From Macrostomum hystrix (lineage: Eukaryota > Animalia > Platyhelminthes): a stretch of DNA of 64,000 bases. This document shows, in pieces, positions 13,670 through 25,721 of the stretch (positions within the stretch are counted from its first letter, which is position 1; every line of letters begins with the position of its first letter). The stretch lies in contig CATNEN010000001.1 of the NCBI GenBank assembly GCA_950097015.1, positions 14,074,001 through 14,138,000 of the forward strand, given 5' to 3'. Under the pieces are notes generated by a model. The model did not search any database. It was not told the DNA's origin and saw nothing but the letters and a program-made list of their open reading frames with translations. The translations under genes were made by a program, and so were the position numbers.

Positions 13670-16600
13670 TCAGGGTGGTCCGTCGGTCGGTTCCGCCGCG
13701 CGATCTTCCTCGCCATAGGCTGGGAAGAAATCAGCTCGGCCGGTATCCCGGAGGAAGTGGGCGAGCTGAGGGATGTTCTCGGGCGAGCAGGCTTCGGCAA
13801 GAGTCGGTGCCGGCCCGAGGTGTTTTAGCCTAGCCCGGGTGAAGGCCGGGCAGTGGCAAATGAAATGCTCGGCGTTTTCACGGCCGGAGCAGCAGAAAGG
13901 ACACGTTTCCTCAGGCACGTGGCCTTGGAGGTAGCGGTGTCTGGTGAAGCAGCCATGTCCCGAAAGGGCCATGGTGACTGCTCTCAGGTCTCTGCGGTTT
14001 AGCCTGAGTAAGGCCTTACGCAGGTTACTAGAGGGGGTTGGCACCGCAGCCCTGGACTGGCGACAGTTCAGGGTGCTGGACCACCTCCTCCGGTGCTGGG
14101 TCTCCATCCAGTGGTTGATGCTGGAGTTGACAACGGAGGCGGGGATCGGGGATTCCGGGCCCGGGCCCATCAGGGAGCTGGCTGCTCCAGCCTTTGCAAG
14201 CTCGTCCGCCATCTCATTCCCTGTGAGCCCGGCGTGCCCAGGGATCCACATCAGCTCCATCTTGTTAGACTGCGCCAAACCGTTTAACTGGGTGTTGCAG
14301 TCCAAGGTGGTTCTGGAGCGAGAGGTGCAGCGACTGAGGGCCTTAAGGGCTGCTTGACTGTCGGAGTGAAAAAAGATCCTCCGACCAGCCAGCTGCCTCT
14401 GGCGCAGCTCAGCCGCACAGAAGCTGATGGCGAGCATTTCGTTTTGGAAAACGCTTGAGCTCTTGCCACAGTGTTGGGAGTGGGTCCAGAGGACCTCGCC
14501 ACCCGAGGCGACGCACACCCCGAATCCCGATTTACCGTTCATCAGGGAGCCGTCAATGTAACAGTGGACTGCCGGGTCATCCCAGCAGTCCTTTACCTCA
14601 TTACGAGGGGAGATGCTGACTTTGTACCTGTGGCTCCGGAGTAAAGTGGCCGGGGCCCCGTCCGAAAGGATGGTGAGCCCTCCGCACTCGCCCAGAGTTT
14701 TCAGGCAGAGGTCAGAGTGGGGCAGAAGGGAGCGCTTCGAGAAGGCTCGCGAATTCTGGAAGGATACACCCGCATCAAGGAGACGACGGGTGGACTTTGC
14801 CGCTTCCCCCTTAACAAAAATGTCAATGGGTGTAGCGTTGAGGAAAGCGTTCATGCCTTCAAAGGGAGTGGAGGGTGGGGCGCCCAGCGTCATGCGACAG
14901 GCTCTGCCCTGCACCCTATAAAGCGCCTCCAGGTTTTTCTGGATGCTCATGGCACTGGCCCAGATGAGGCCAGCGTAAGCGACTGACGGTCTAATGATCG
15001 CCGTGTAAATCCACCAAAGGTTTTTGGGGGTTAGCCCCCAAGTGGTGCCCACGGCTCGCCTGACTTGCGCCAGAATGGCCAGGGCCCTCTTGGCCTTTGT
15101 GGTAATGTGCGGGGTCCAGTTAAGCCTATGGTCTAGCAGGATACCAAGGCACCGGACCTGCTTTTCCATGGCAATATTCTTGCCATAGAGAGTCAGAGGC
15201 TCAATGGTCCAGCGCAGCCTGCTGGTAAACATAACCGCAACGGTCTTGGACTCAGAGAGTCGGAGCCCGCATTGGTCCGCCCAGCGCACCGCCCTGTTGA
15301 TAAAGCCCTGAATGAGGTCCCTGGTGGTTTCCGCCGAGGGGCCCGCGCAGATGGCGGTCACATCGTCGGCATATCCCACCTTCAGGACTGGGTCAGGCCG
15401 AGTGCTTTTTAGCAGCTCATCCATGACGAGATTCCACAGCAGTGGGGTGAGGACGCCACCTTGGGGCCCTCCTTTTAGGACAGGTGCCGAGAGCACCCTG
15501 CCTTCGAGGTGGGCCACCACGTGGCGATTCCGGATCATGTACATGACCCAACGGACGAGGTGGGGGTGAGTGGCCCTGGAAACCAGGGCCTTCTCAAAGG
15601 CTTCGAAAATAACGTTATCGAAGGCCCCCTCAATATCAAGGAAAACAGCCAGGGCAAAACCGCTGCCCAGCACTGCCTTCTCGAGAGTCTCCACAATGCA
15701 GTGGAGGGCGCTCTCCGTGGACCGGCCCGCCCGAAAGGCGTGCTGGTTTGGTGAGAGCGGGGCCCGCCCTAGCTCTACAGTAAGAAGGCGCCAGAGCACC
15801 AGTCTTTCCATGAGCTTGAGGCAGGTGGAAGTCAAGCTTATCGGGCGATAAGACTTGACCGAGCGATAGTCGCCTTTGGCGGGCTTCGGGATGAAGACGA
15901 CCCGGGCTTCATGCCACCGCGCTGGTACGTAGCCCAACACGATGCAGGCCCGTAGAAGTCTGCAGAGGAGATGGAGGAAGCGGCCATTTTTAACCGCTTC
16001 ATGCAGAAAGGCCGGATATATACCATCTGGCCCAGGTGCTTTAAAAGGATTGAATGACTTAGCCGCGCGAACGATGCGGTCATTCGTAACGAGTGACTGA
16101 GCCAGGCCCTGACCTCCACGCGAGTGGTCGTCTGGGCCGAAGTGCGCCGGTACACTCGGGAAGAAATGCCCTAGCATAAGCTCGAGCGTTTCCTCCGGGC
16201 GCTCAGTGATCGAGCCGTCCGGCTTTTTAATCGATGAGAGCTTGGAGAAGCGGTCGTTGGTGAGCGCCTTTACCACGCGGGCCGTGGGCCGCGAGCCCTC
16301 AAGCCCTTCGCAGTATTGTCGCCACTTGTCCGCTTTTGCCCTTCTGACCCGGCCCTTAAACTCATGGATGGCGCGAGTATAGGCCTCTTTGTCATCAGGG
16401 TCGTGCGAGGTTTTCAGCTTCCTCTGGAGAGCCTTAGCTCGGCGTCTTAGGACTCCGAGCTCGGGGTTCCACCAGGGGGCCGATTTTTTGCCTTTGTAGG
16501 CTTTGAGCGGGCAAGCCATTTCGTAGGCCTCTGTGATGGCGCCGCCCAGCAGGGCAGCCACTCCATCCAGGTCCTGCGTGGTTTCCATGGCCATGGAGGG

Positions 16601-17374
16601 GTCAGAATCCCGAAGGCCCTCATGCAGCTTTTGGCTGAACGCGGGCCAGTCGGTATTTCTGACATTACGCCTCCAAATAGGCTTTTGCTTCTTATCGGGG
16701 GTGCCGATGTTGAAACGGATGAAACGGTGGTCCGAGAGCGAGCTTTCGGTCTCCCACACCTCCCACCCCAGCACCCTTGGGAGGATGCCGGGTGAGGCCA
16801 GGGTGACGTCAAGCACCTCAACCCACCGCCCATTGTCGAAAGTGGGCGTGTTGCCCACATTGCAGAAGTTTAGAGGCGTGCCGCTGACGAAGGCCAGGAG
16901 CTCTTCGCCGCGGTCATTGATTTTTGAGCTACCCCAGTGGGTGTGATGCGAGTTTACATCTCCCGCGAGGAGCAGCTCGAAGTTTCGTGCCCTGGCGAAT
17001 TCACAGAGGGCGACGAGGGTATCGCTAACCACGGGGGCGTCGCCTGCCAGGTAGGCGGATGCCACGAGGGTCAACTTGTTAGGCACAATGTGTGCAGATT
17101 GGATGACGCAGATGTCCCCGTTAGAGAGATCGGGTCTCATCCACGCATTTAAGGCTTTTGCGGCATAGATCAGTGATCTAGGGCGGACAGAGTCTGCCAT
17201 GCAGAAGCAGTCATAGCCAGCAGGAATGTTGCTTGGCTTGTTCTTTGATAGCCAGGGCTCCTGCACAAGTACAAGGCCCGGCATCATGCGCTCTGTCGTG
17301 CGCATCAGATTGACTGATGCTGCCACGCAGTGCTGGGTGTTAACTTGCAGACATGATATTCCGGGGATCATCAT
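13670..17374 (-). CDS. ORF2: APE endonuclease, reverse transcriptase, RNase H, C-terminal Zn finger
   Basis: QEPW, GDVNSHH, SDHR (APE); [25 protein letters not shown] (RT); [26 protein letters not shown] (RNase H); CPFC...HFICHCP. Confidence 0.97.
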   Translation of the reverse strand: MMIPGISCLQVNTQHCVAASVNLMRTTERMMPGLVLVQEPWLSKNKPSNIPAGYDCFCMADSVRPRSLIYAAKALNAWMRPDLSNGDICVIQSAHIVPNKLTLVASAYLAGDAPVVSDTLVALCEFARARNFELLLAGDVNSHHTHWGSSKINDRGEELLAFVSGTPLNFCNVGNTPTFDNGRWVEVLDVTLASPGILPRVLGWEVWETESSLSDHRFIRFNIGTPDKKQKPIWRRNVRNTDWPAFSQKLHEGLRDSDPSMAMETTQDLDGVAALLGGAITEAYEMACPLKAYKGKKSAPWWNPELGVLRRRAKALQRKLKTSHDPDDKEAYTRAIHEFKGRVRRAKADKWRQYCEGLEGSRPTARVVKALTNDRFSKLSSIKKPDGSITERPEETLELMLGHFFPSVPAHFGPDDHSRGGQGLAQSLVTNDRIVRAAKSFNPFKAPGPDGIYPAFLHEAVKNGRFLHLLCRLLRACIVLGYVPARWHEARVVFIPKPAKGDYRSVKSYRPISLTSTCLKLMERLVLWRLLTVELGRAPLSPNQHAFRAGRSTESALHCIVETLEKAVLGSGFALAVFLDIEGAFDNVIFEAFEKALVSRATHPHLVRWVMYMIRNRHVVAHLEGRVLSAPVLKGGPQGGVLTPLLWNLVMDELLKSTRPDPVLKVGYADDVTAICAGPSAETTRDLIQGFINRAVRWADQCGLRLSESKTVAVMFTSRLRWTIEPLTLYGKNIAMEKQVRCLGILLDHRLNWTPHITTKAKRALAILAQVRRAVGTTWGLTPKNLWWIYTAIIRPSVAYAGLIWASAMSIQKNLEALYRVQGRACRMTLGAPPSTPFEGMNAFLNATPIDIFVKGEAAKSTRRLLDAGVSFQNSRAFSKRSLLPHSDLCLKTLGECGGLTILSDGAPATLLRSHRYKVSISPRNEVKDCWDDPAVHCYIDGSLMNGKSGFGVCVASGGEVLWTHSQHCGKSSSVFQNEMLAISFCAAELRQRQLAGRRIFFHSDSQAALKALSRCTSRSRTTLDCNTQLNGLAQSNKMELMWIPGHAGLTGNEMADELAKAGAASSLMGPGPESPIPASVVNSSINHWMETQHRRRWSSTLNCRQSRAAVPTPSSNLRKALLRLNRRDLRAVTMALSGHGCFTRHRYLQGHVPEETCPFCCSGRENAEHFICHCPAFTRARLKHLGPAPTLAEACSPENIPQLAHFLRDTGRADFFPAYGEEDRAAEPTDGPP

Positions 17375-17386
17375 GCAGGCAGAGGT

Positions 17387-18934
17387 CTACTTGGAGGGGG
17401 ACCCAGCCAGAAGGCGGTCCTCCTCCTCCGGGTCGATGTCGGTAGCCATGGGCTCCTCCGTGCCCAGGCCCCGAGCCGGAGACGGGAACTCGACGGCGTC
17501 AGCCGCCCAGTCCCCGCCCCCGGCCCCGAGCCCAGGCCCAGAGTCGCCCTCAACTGGAGCCGACACCGCTCCCTGGGCCGTGGGAGGGGCGCTCGAAGGG
17601 CCCTGCTCGATGGAGCTGGGCACCTCTGAGGCCTCCCCCGTAGCCCTTGGTTGCGGCGCCTGCCCCGGTGGGCCACCGCGCATCTCAGCGCGCAGCTGGG
17701 CCATCTTGGCGGTTCGCACCACCTCGGAGGCCCGCTGGAGAAGGCCCCGGCGCTTTGTGACACGCGCGGGGCGACGCTCAGAGCTGCCAGCGATGGCACG
17801 CTCTGGCCTTTTTTGGCGGGACGACTGGGCCCTGCCCCCAGTCCCAGCCTTGGGGTCCGAGGACCCTTCATTGGCCGGTACGGTGGTGGGCCCGGTCTGA
17901 CCTCGGGTTTTATCCGCCTCGAAGGCGAAGATTTTGGTCTTCCACAGACCAATGCAAATGTTGGCGCCATCTGGGTAGCGGCGTGTCCATTGCTCGGACA
18001 GGCCCAGAATGGCGGTGAAACCGGTGCCGTCGGGGCGCAGGATCGTGCGGTGCACGATCAGGCCCGCTGTCGGCAGCTCCCGGTTCATCGCGATGAGGCC
18101 CCTGCGGAGGTCCTCAGCGCTGGTGACGACACTTTTCGCCGGGACGAAGATACGGTGTCGCTTGGTCTTTGGTGGCTCGTTCTCCCGTAGGAACTCGAGG
18201 CCAGCCGCCCAGCTCTGCGTGGGCAGCAACTCGAGGAGCCGCCGCCCCGATTCCGCATCGCCGGGCCAGACGACGAAGCACGATTCCCTGGTAGCGCTTG
18301 CGCCGACCGCCAGGGGCTCGCCCTTCAGTTGAAGTTGCCACAACATAGCATCTATGTTGCGGCAAATGTCGCTGAGCTGTTCGCTGCTCAGCCTTTTCCC
18401 GTCTCTGCCGGTGATGATGACGGCAGGTTGCCTACGTGCGATGGCGGCGTAGGTAGCTTGTGGTCCCGGGCCCTGTCCGGTGGCGTCCCCACCCTCGGGA
18501 TCTGCGTCGGCGGTGGGCACAGGGCCCTCCGCCTCCGCTTCTCCTTCGGGCCGGGCAGCCGTCCGGATGGGCGCCGGGCCCTCCTTGGCCCGCGACCCTG
18601 GCCTCGGGGCGTCGTGGGCTCCGCCCCGTGCAGGAGCCTGGGCAGGAGGCACAAGGCCCCCCGCCCCAGCCCCCGCCCTAGGCAGAGCCCCTTCGGCCCC
18701 TCTGGCCTGGGCCTGGTCCTTGGTCAATGGAGCCGACGTACCGTGGGCCAGCATGCGCCTACGGCGTTTTGCCGCTCCAGAGGTGGTGGAGCGCTTAGCG
18801 CCCCGGTCATCGCGCGAGTTGGGCAGCGCGGCATTTGTGGCGGTCGCGGGGCCAGCTAGCCCGGGCGCCGCAGCGTGTATGGCCTCAGGCACCATGGTGT
18901 CCTCGGCCGGAGCAGTTGAAGGGCTAGAAGCCAT
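17387..18934 (-). CDS. ORF1 (LOA-type, DUF4780-like nucleic-acid-binding protein)
   Basis: Long ORF upstream of ORF2; first ATG (MASSP) at 18934; HRIFVP..LR..L..MN.ELP..GLI motif shared with ORF1 of copy 2. Confidence 0.85.
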   Translation of the reverse strand: MASSPSTAPAEDTMVPEAIHAAAPGLAGPATATNAALPNSRDDRGAKRSTTSGAAKRRRRMLAHGTSAPLTKDQAQARGAEGALPRAGAGAGGLVPPAQAPARGGAHDAPRPGSRAKEGPAPIRTAARPEGEAEAEGPVPTADADPEGGDATGQGPGPQATYAAIARRQPAVIITGRDGKRLSSEQLSDICRNIDAMLWQLQLKGEPLAVGASATRESCFVVWPGDAESGRRLLELLPTQSWAAGLEFLRENEPPKTKRHRIFVPAKSVVTSAEDLRRGLIAMNRELPTAGLIVHRTILRPDGTGFTAILGLSEQWTRRYPDGANICIGLWKTKIFAFEADKTRGQTGPTTVPANEGSSDPKAGTGGRAQSSRQKRPERAIAGSSERRPARVTKRRGLLQRASEVVRTAKMAQLRAEMRGGPPGQAPQPRATGEASEVPSSIEQGPSSAPPTAQGAVSAPVEGDSGPGLGAGGGDWAADAVEFPSPARGLGTEEPMATDIDPEEEDRLLAGSPSK

Positions 18935-19374
18935 TGAAAGCTGCAATGAAGAGAGGGGCTTCCTGTAGACACAGGCAGGAATAACCCGCTCAGCCGCGAT
19001 CCCAAAACTGAGCGGGGGCAGCCAAAAAAGACAAGTTACAACCCGGGGTGGGATGCCAGGACCACCGGGAGGAACCGTAAGAGACCAGACTACTCCCTGG
19101 CCAAGCGTCCATCAGCACGGTCAACACTGGGACATTGGAGGGTGCCATTGAGCCGGCGCCGAGGCCTGCGGGCTGGCCGCAAACCCTGTTAAGGTCAAAG
19201 GGTGACACCTGTCCCTCAGGGCCGTAGCCAGAGGTACCTGATCACGCACAGGTGCACGAAAATTGCGGACAAGCCACATACCCTGTTAAGGTCAAAGGGT
19301 GACACCTTTCCCTCCAGCCGGGGCTAGAGGTACCCAGTTTGGCCGGAGGCCCTGGATGGGTCATCCAGCGCTGT

Positions 19375-19603
19375 TGCCCATTCTGTCCGGCTGCCCTAGG
19401 GTCAGCCTTGAACACTCGCGGGACGTGTACCCATGGGTCAGCTGACGGGACAGCGTTGGAGGGATTCCTGCACCCGAAGGTACAGGTCTCCTTCCTGCCA
19501 GGCCTGCTCAAAAAACGGCTGCAGGTGTGAGGCATCGCAGACCAAAGCCCGTGGGCCTGGACTGACTCATACCTCACAGGCACTGTGTCCCGCCGGTGCG
19601 AGC
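19375..19603 (-). ncRNA. HDV-like self-cleaving ribozyme at the LINE 5' end (copy 1)
   Basis: P1 GCUCGC/GCGAGU with G1-U wobble, P2 CCCAU/AUGGG, P3 GGG/CCC, L3 UACACGU, P1.1 AC/GU, P4 GGCUG/CAGCC, J4/2 CAGA; G1 abuts the TSD. Confidence 0.85.
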
Positions 19604-19689
19604 TTAATGAGCTATTACTACTATTAATATTGATAGTAATATTTATAATACCAGCAATTTCCAACTATGTACACTATTATACAGCAGTA

Positions 19690-19857
19690 ACAAATATGGA
19701 TTGATTTTGACATGCCACAAACTCTTACAATACATTATTACAAATACGAAAATATTAAACCGACATGGGTCAAATAACAAATATGGATTGATTTTGACAT
19801 GCCACAAACTCTTACAATACATTATTACAAATAGGTAAATATTAAACCGACATGGGC
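19690..19857. repeat. ~87-bp direct tandem duplication
   Basis: AACAAATATGGATTGATTTTGACATGCC...AAACCGACATGGG occurs twice. Confidence 0.85.
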
Positions 19858-21361
19858 ACCTAAACTTGGCTTACCTGTCAGTTCTTATTTGAGCTAATAA
19901 AAAAGGTTTCTATTTAACAATTCTAGCTAGTATAGGAAATAGAATTAGATTTGAAGTTTTGACTCGACGAGCTCTTTACTATTCGAGTTTTGGTGGGAAG
20001 AGGAAAAACAGTTCGTTCCCCTTTGTCCCCCGCTCAAATAGGGATGCATGGCACCATCGTCTAGTTCGTTCCCAAGTTTGCGTAAACAACCCCTCCCAGC
20101 CAACCACGCTTCGTCATGGGGTTCCCACGCTTCACGTTCCCACAGGGAGCTCATGAGCTGCACTCGTCTAACCGGACTCATGGCACGGTGAGGTGACCTG
20201 GGCTAGCCGTCTATTTTTTACGGTGAGCTGGGGCAGGCTAGTCCACGGCCGTTAGGTGGGAAGGCATGTGAACGTACAACGGGAAACTCGGTGCGCAGTG
20301 AGTTGAGAAGCGTACAGCGCCCATGAGTCAGTCAGTGGCCCCCACACTGAGTGCAAGCAGACAGGACACAGTTAGTTTTGTGCAGTCAAAGTTCCCGGCC
20401 AGGCGTGCAGACCCGAGCAACATTTTTACGTATGGTTACGTCCATGATACGTATCCAGGAGGAAATTCATTTGGTTTCACATCCGTTTTCCCGTTCGTCT
20501 CCCCAACGTTCCCATGACGAAATTTTGTTACGTATTGTGAATGTCTTTGCACGACATGCAGGAATCCATGCGTGCAGTGCAGCGCGCCATCCTAATTCCA
20601 CGAACAGCCTAATTTTAAGGTGTCGCACAACTAAATCCCGTACCAATTCAATACAAATTCACGTACGCCTTTAAATGCACTTAAAGAACAAATTAAAATA
20701 AGGCAAAATATCTGATCATCAACCCCATCCCAAAAAGCACGCTACTTTTATTTATACGAATAGCCATGCCTATTTGCTACCGCTTCCGCCAATACCAATA
20801 AATATGAATCTAAAGTAAAAATTCCATTTCAGCGAAGAAGTGTTATAAAATTAAAGGAGCTTTATAAATTGAATGTACGCAACAATGTTTATTGATTTAG
20901 TGTTTCCAGCTCGCTCGGGAGCTACGCAGCTCCCAAATTCAGATCAGAAGCAATTAATTAATTCATTCATTCATTCACACATGCTACAACACTACGAGCT
21001 TTATATTTTTCCATAGCAAAATTGGGTAAAATTCAGATTAAACGATTTCAATGAGCAATGAGCAATTGGCGAAAACTAAAAGGGGACATGATCGGAAAAG
21101 ATAGAATATTCTTGGAGAGCACATGTTCTTGCGGCCACCAGCTACCCGCTACCAGGACGAATGATAATTCCAGGTTTCCACTCCCACATTGGTCTTTTTC
21201 CAGTTTTTTCTACTGTTTTGGGGGTTTCCAGGTTTTTCCAGATTTTCCAGGTTGCGGACACCCTGTACGGTGGTAGATATAAATACTTCTTTGGTACAAA
21301 AGTCTCACAAGCGACTGATCCCGAGTGTACATATCTCATCTAATCAGTCATTCACTGTTAC

Positions 21362-23521
21362 TTATTGTCCGGCCTCCTTACTGCCGTCGTCATTACCCTC
21401 GTCGCCATCATCGTCCGGCTCCACGCTGCCGCGGTCTTCTTCCTCGTCACCATCATCGTCCGGCTCCATGCTGCCGCGGTCTTCTTCCTCGTCGCCATCA
21501 TAGTCCGACTCCACGCTGCCGCGGTCTTCTTCCTCGTCGCGATCATCGCCCGGCTCCATGCTCCCGCCGTCTTCCTCATCCATCTTCTCTTCATCGTTGG
21601 TATCGTCGCCCCGCTCATCATCTTCTCTCGTCTCGTTGTCACGATCGTCATCTATTGTCTCTCCTAGACGCTCCGCCCTCTTTGTCATCCGCTTCAATAT
21701 TCCTCCGATAAATGCAGACGGAGTAGTAGTTCCTAATTGACGCTTAAAATACTTTCTCTCAGTTATAATCTCTGCAAATTAATGTTATAATTGTATCAAT
21801 ATTTTTAGTGCATAATATCTTCGAAGTTGCCTCAAAACTACAGAAACTCACTTGATAGGCACTCCACAATTGGTTGGGGCAATCTAGCCTTGCCTCGACG
21901 GCCCTGAATGTTGAAATGTTTTAGAACGCCTGGCCTTGCTGTGAACTCCAGCATTGAAACGGTGGTCAGTCAGTCAGCTTCGGTATATCAGACTTAGCAA
22001 TGCAGTATTGAATCTAAAACAAAAAAATAGTATAATTATATATTTATTACATTTTTCCGATCTTGATCTGGTAATATAAATGGCCTAATTAAGTACATAA
22101 AGAAATCGGCGGCAGCGTAATTAGCTGCTTACAATCAACTTACGTATTCGGCACGGACGTCTTCTTTTTTATCTAGCAACTGTGAGAAAGCCTCGAAAGC
22201 TCTGCGCGTTCGGACGGGCAACATGGTTAGAGAATCTGGGATGTCGATTTGCTGTCTTCCACTTGCAACTAGAGTCTTGAGCTCGAGTATATGCTCAAGT
22301 AGGAGGCCTATCCATTCTGTAATATAATAGTCAGTGAAATTGTAAATAATCAAAATGCAATACAAGGTCAGTGGTGACACAAATGCTGAACGACTTACTT
22401 TCAAGATGCTTGCAATGACACGGAGCTGTTGAAGTAGATGCCGCTGGCTCCAGACGAGCAGATAGGGCAGCTAGTGAATGAGCAGTAGAAGCAGCACCAG
22501 CCAGTGGACGAGCTGAAGCAGAGCTCGCTTGCGGACGAGCAGGAGAAGCAGCACCAGCTTGCGGACGAGCAGGAGAAGCAGCACCAGCTTGCGGACGAGC
22601 AGGAGAAGCAGCACCAGCTTGCGGACGAGCAGGAGAAGCAGCACCAGCTTGCGGACGAGCAGGAGAAGCAGCACCAGCTTGCGGACGAGCAGGAGAAGCA
22701 GCACCAGCTTGCGGACGAGCAGGAGAAGCAGCACCAGCTTGCGGACGAGCAGGAGAAGCAGCACCAGCTTGCGGACGAGCAGGAGAAGCAGCACCAGCTT
22801 GCGGACGAGCAGGAGAAGCAGCACCAGCTTGCGGACGAGCAGGAGAAGCAGCACCAGCTTGCGGACGAGCAGGAGAAGCAGCACCAGCTTGCGGACGAGC
22901 AAAAGCAGAGCTAGCTTGCGGACGAGCAGGAGAAGCAGCACCAGCTTGTTGAAAGGCAGAATTAGTAGCACAGGCTTGCGGGAGGTCAGAAGCACCAACA
23001 GTCTGCTCCTTATGTGAGGACGATGCAGCAGCTGATTTAAGTGAGCAACCAGTAGGTGGAGACGGACAAACAAAGGTTGGACACTTTTTTGCTTGCTTAG
23101 GTGTAGTGCTAGTAGTGTTGGAGTCAATAAAATATTCAACAGATCGTCGCTTTCGCTTAGAACTTGTGTCTGTGTCCGAAAACGTCCCAGAGTCTTTGGA
23201 GCGTCGCAGACGGTAAAGCAGGTACTCTAAGTCGTCTAAATTAAGTATTGGACACATTAGATAGTTTAAAAAACATAAAATGTAACAAAAATACAATATT
23301 TTAAACATTAACATAACCGTTTTCCAAGTGGATTTTTAAGACATTAAATCAGGGCCAGTCCTTGCCTACTTCGGCACTTTTTTTACAAGACGTAAGAAAG
23401 ATGCATTTAGAGCATCATGAAAATTGTTAGGTAGAAAAGCAGTTTGCTTATCATTAGCTAACCAGGTGAGTGGCAACACAACTGAGCCATCATCAAACTC
23501 AGCAAGAGCAAATCGCTTCAT
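21362..23521 (-). pseudogene. CMC accessory gene (DUF4806-like), spliced, with lesions in exon 1
   Basis: N-terminal MKRFALAEFDDGSVVLPLTW motif and LPVRTRRAFEAF motif typical of animal EnSpm second ORFs; acidic repeat tail; frameshift/stop near 23350-23380. Confidence 0.6.
22500..22946. repeat. 30-bp coding minisatellite (AGAASPARPQ)n
   Basis: Perfect tandem GCGGACGAGCAGGAGAAGCAGCACCAGCTT units. Confidence 0.95.
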
Positions 23522-23604
23522 TGTACTGAAATAAAATACTAAGGGCCTGGGCAAGCAAGATAATAATTTAAAGATCTAACTTGTACATCAAGGAATGCTT
23601 ACAC

Positions 23605-25721
23605 CTAAAATAGACCTTCAGTATGCCTTAGTGGGCAGGTCATCCATTCATTGAATGTTTCATGCACTGGAATGGCCATTACTTTGGCATATACATTAGA
23701 CAAGTTAACCTTAGTTAGTTTTTTTGACAGATTTCGCACTCCAAGTATTCCTAAGTCAGAGGAGCTAAGCACACAGTTGTAAAAAGAGCGCTTTTCTGTA
23801 AACCGTTGAGCAACCAACCAGATACCATGAGCATCTTTAATAATGTTGCATACTTTGAGAACATTTCCATTTTGAGTGCTAATATAGCTATCACGGCGCC
23901 CTAGTCTGATGCAAGTGAAGCTAAAGTTCAAACACTTAAATTGGCACACATCACTGACATTTGTATCTATAGGAAGCACATTGCTGCTATGCTCCTTAGA
24001 GAGTTCAGGTTTTGAAGAGGTTGGCTTGCACTGACCTAAACATTGACCTTGTTCAAATACTCTGGCAACTGCTTGCTGAAGTGGCAAATTTGGCGTTCGC
24101 ACTAGCCGCTTCACAAAGCGCATGAAATTTTCAAACTGGAAGCAGCTGACTTCATCTATATTATTGTGGGCAAGAACATCCTCAACCAAGTGTAACAATG
24201 AATGAACATTGTACACAGCAAATTGACAACCAAACAATTGGATGCCTCCTGTTATGAAGCTGCGACAAAGCTGACGCAAGTAGGCTATATATTCACCACT
24301 AAGATCCTTAATGTTAAGCAAAGTTACAATTACATGAAATGACAACAATAGGCTTTGAAATTCTAGATTTTCTACTGTTGAGCTAAAAATGAAAGGGACC
24401 AAGTACAAAAAAAACTGACGGACAACAGTAGCTTTCCACATTCCTAAGTGCTGTAGAAGAGATGGCTTACGAGAAAAGTCACTAGGGATATAAAGCCGAA
24501 TGTGTAATAACAACCTGTCTATCTGACTAATAATTCCTTGGGATACTTTAAATGGCTTGGGTCCTTCTTTCAGAAGCTTTAAAAGCATAGGGCCAATGCC
24601 ACGATAAAGTAAATGCATAGGATCACAAGGAAAGCCATTGACCATATCTATAGCTAGATCCTCAAAAGGTGAGGCTGCATGGTGGTGCTCTGGTTGCAAC
24701 TTCAAACGAAATGAACTATCAGTTCGAATAGCAGCATCAAGTTCAAGAAAAACTACTGCCCTTCCCTTGTTCAGGGTCTGAACATATTCAGTGGTACCTT
24801 TTTGTTCACAATGGTCACAGCCAAAGAATGCACTATGTGCCTTTACACATTTAACAAATCTACGAGCTGGAGTGTCACATGACATAGTCTAGAATAACCT
24901 TGCGTTTTTTCCCAAGAAAACATTTGCCAGAAGCAAGGACTTGCAACTCAGCAATAAGTGGTCGAAGAAATTTTTCAGCACTCTGGGGCTTTTTCTCTCC
25001 ATAATATAGACCAACAAGAAATGTAGATGAAGGAATATTAGATAATGCAGCAACAATAGGCCAAAAACCACTGACAGAACTATTAAAAATTGGCAATCCA
25101 TCGACACAAAGTATTATGTGTATTTCATCCAAATTAAGAATAGTATTATCTTGTTCTTTTAACTTAAAAACTTCACTAATACCATTTTCAACACCAAAAT
25201 GTTGATATTTTCCTGGTTGGACATCAACTAGATTTGATTTGCCTTTACACTGAAGCAAATTTCGAGGATCTGTTGGCAGCATAGGGTGATATGGTTTTAA
25301 AATAAAGCATATCTTTGATTGCAGCATGAGTAACATTGTGGTCAATAAAAACGCTTCGAAGTCTATTAGCTAAATCAAGGTCTTGTTCAAAACTGTCATC
25401 ATCAGCACTTGAGTCTTTTTCTGAATCTGAATCATCTTCACAATCAATATTAGATGCTAGGCCTACTGAATCATTGTCACTCTCTTCAAGATTTCTAACT
25501 GTTTGCTCCCAGTTTATAGGCCCATTGTCACTCTGATCTTGCTCTCTAGGTTGTAAATTTGATTCTTGATCATCATGGCTAGGCCTAGATTCAACTTCTT
25601 GATTGTGGTATTCAGCCATGATGATGTCTTGCTGATCAATTGTGTCATCATCACTGCTACTAGAATTTGTGACAACACATATTTTCATCAAACTTTTGGA
25701 TTGCTGTTTGAATGACTGCAT
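23605..25721 (-). pseudogene. EnSpm/CMC transposase A, two frameshifts (~25315 and ~24880)
   Basis: DGLPIF..S...WPI, CDTPAR..K..H....GC..C, DPMHLL..G, WKA, YNVHSLLHL and FQFENF motifs spread over three ORFs. Confidence 0.9.

Larger units (their letters stand above)
13553..19603 (-). mobile_element. Full-length non-LTR retrotransposon, LOA-like clade (copy 1, intact)
   Basis: TSD TTAATGAGCTATT at 13540-13552 and 19604-19616; 3' tail (TAAGTCAAG)n; ORF1 plus ORF2 with APE-RT-RNase H-CCHC. Confidence 0.95.

Noticed and set aside
13944-18968. Many plus-strand ORFs overlapping the LINE ORFs (likewise at 40971-46091)
   Set aside because: Shadow ORFs of GC-rich coding sequence
22471-23139. Leu-rich and (DEQEKQHQLA)n ORFs
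   Set aside because: Alternative frames of the 30-bp coding repeat
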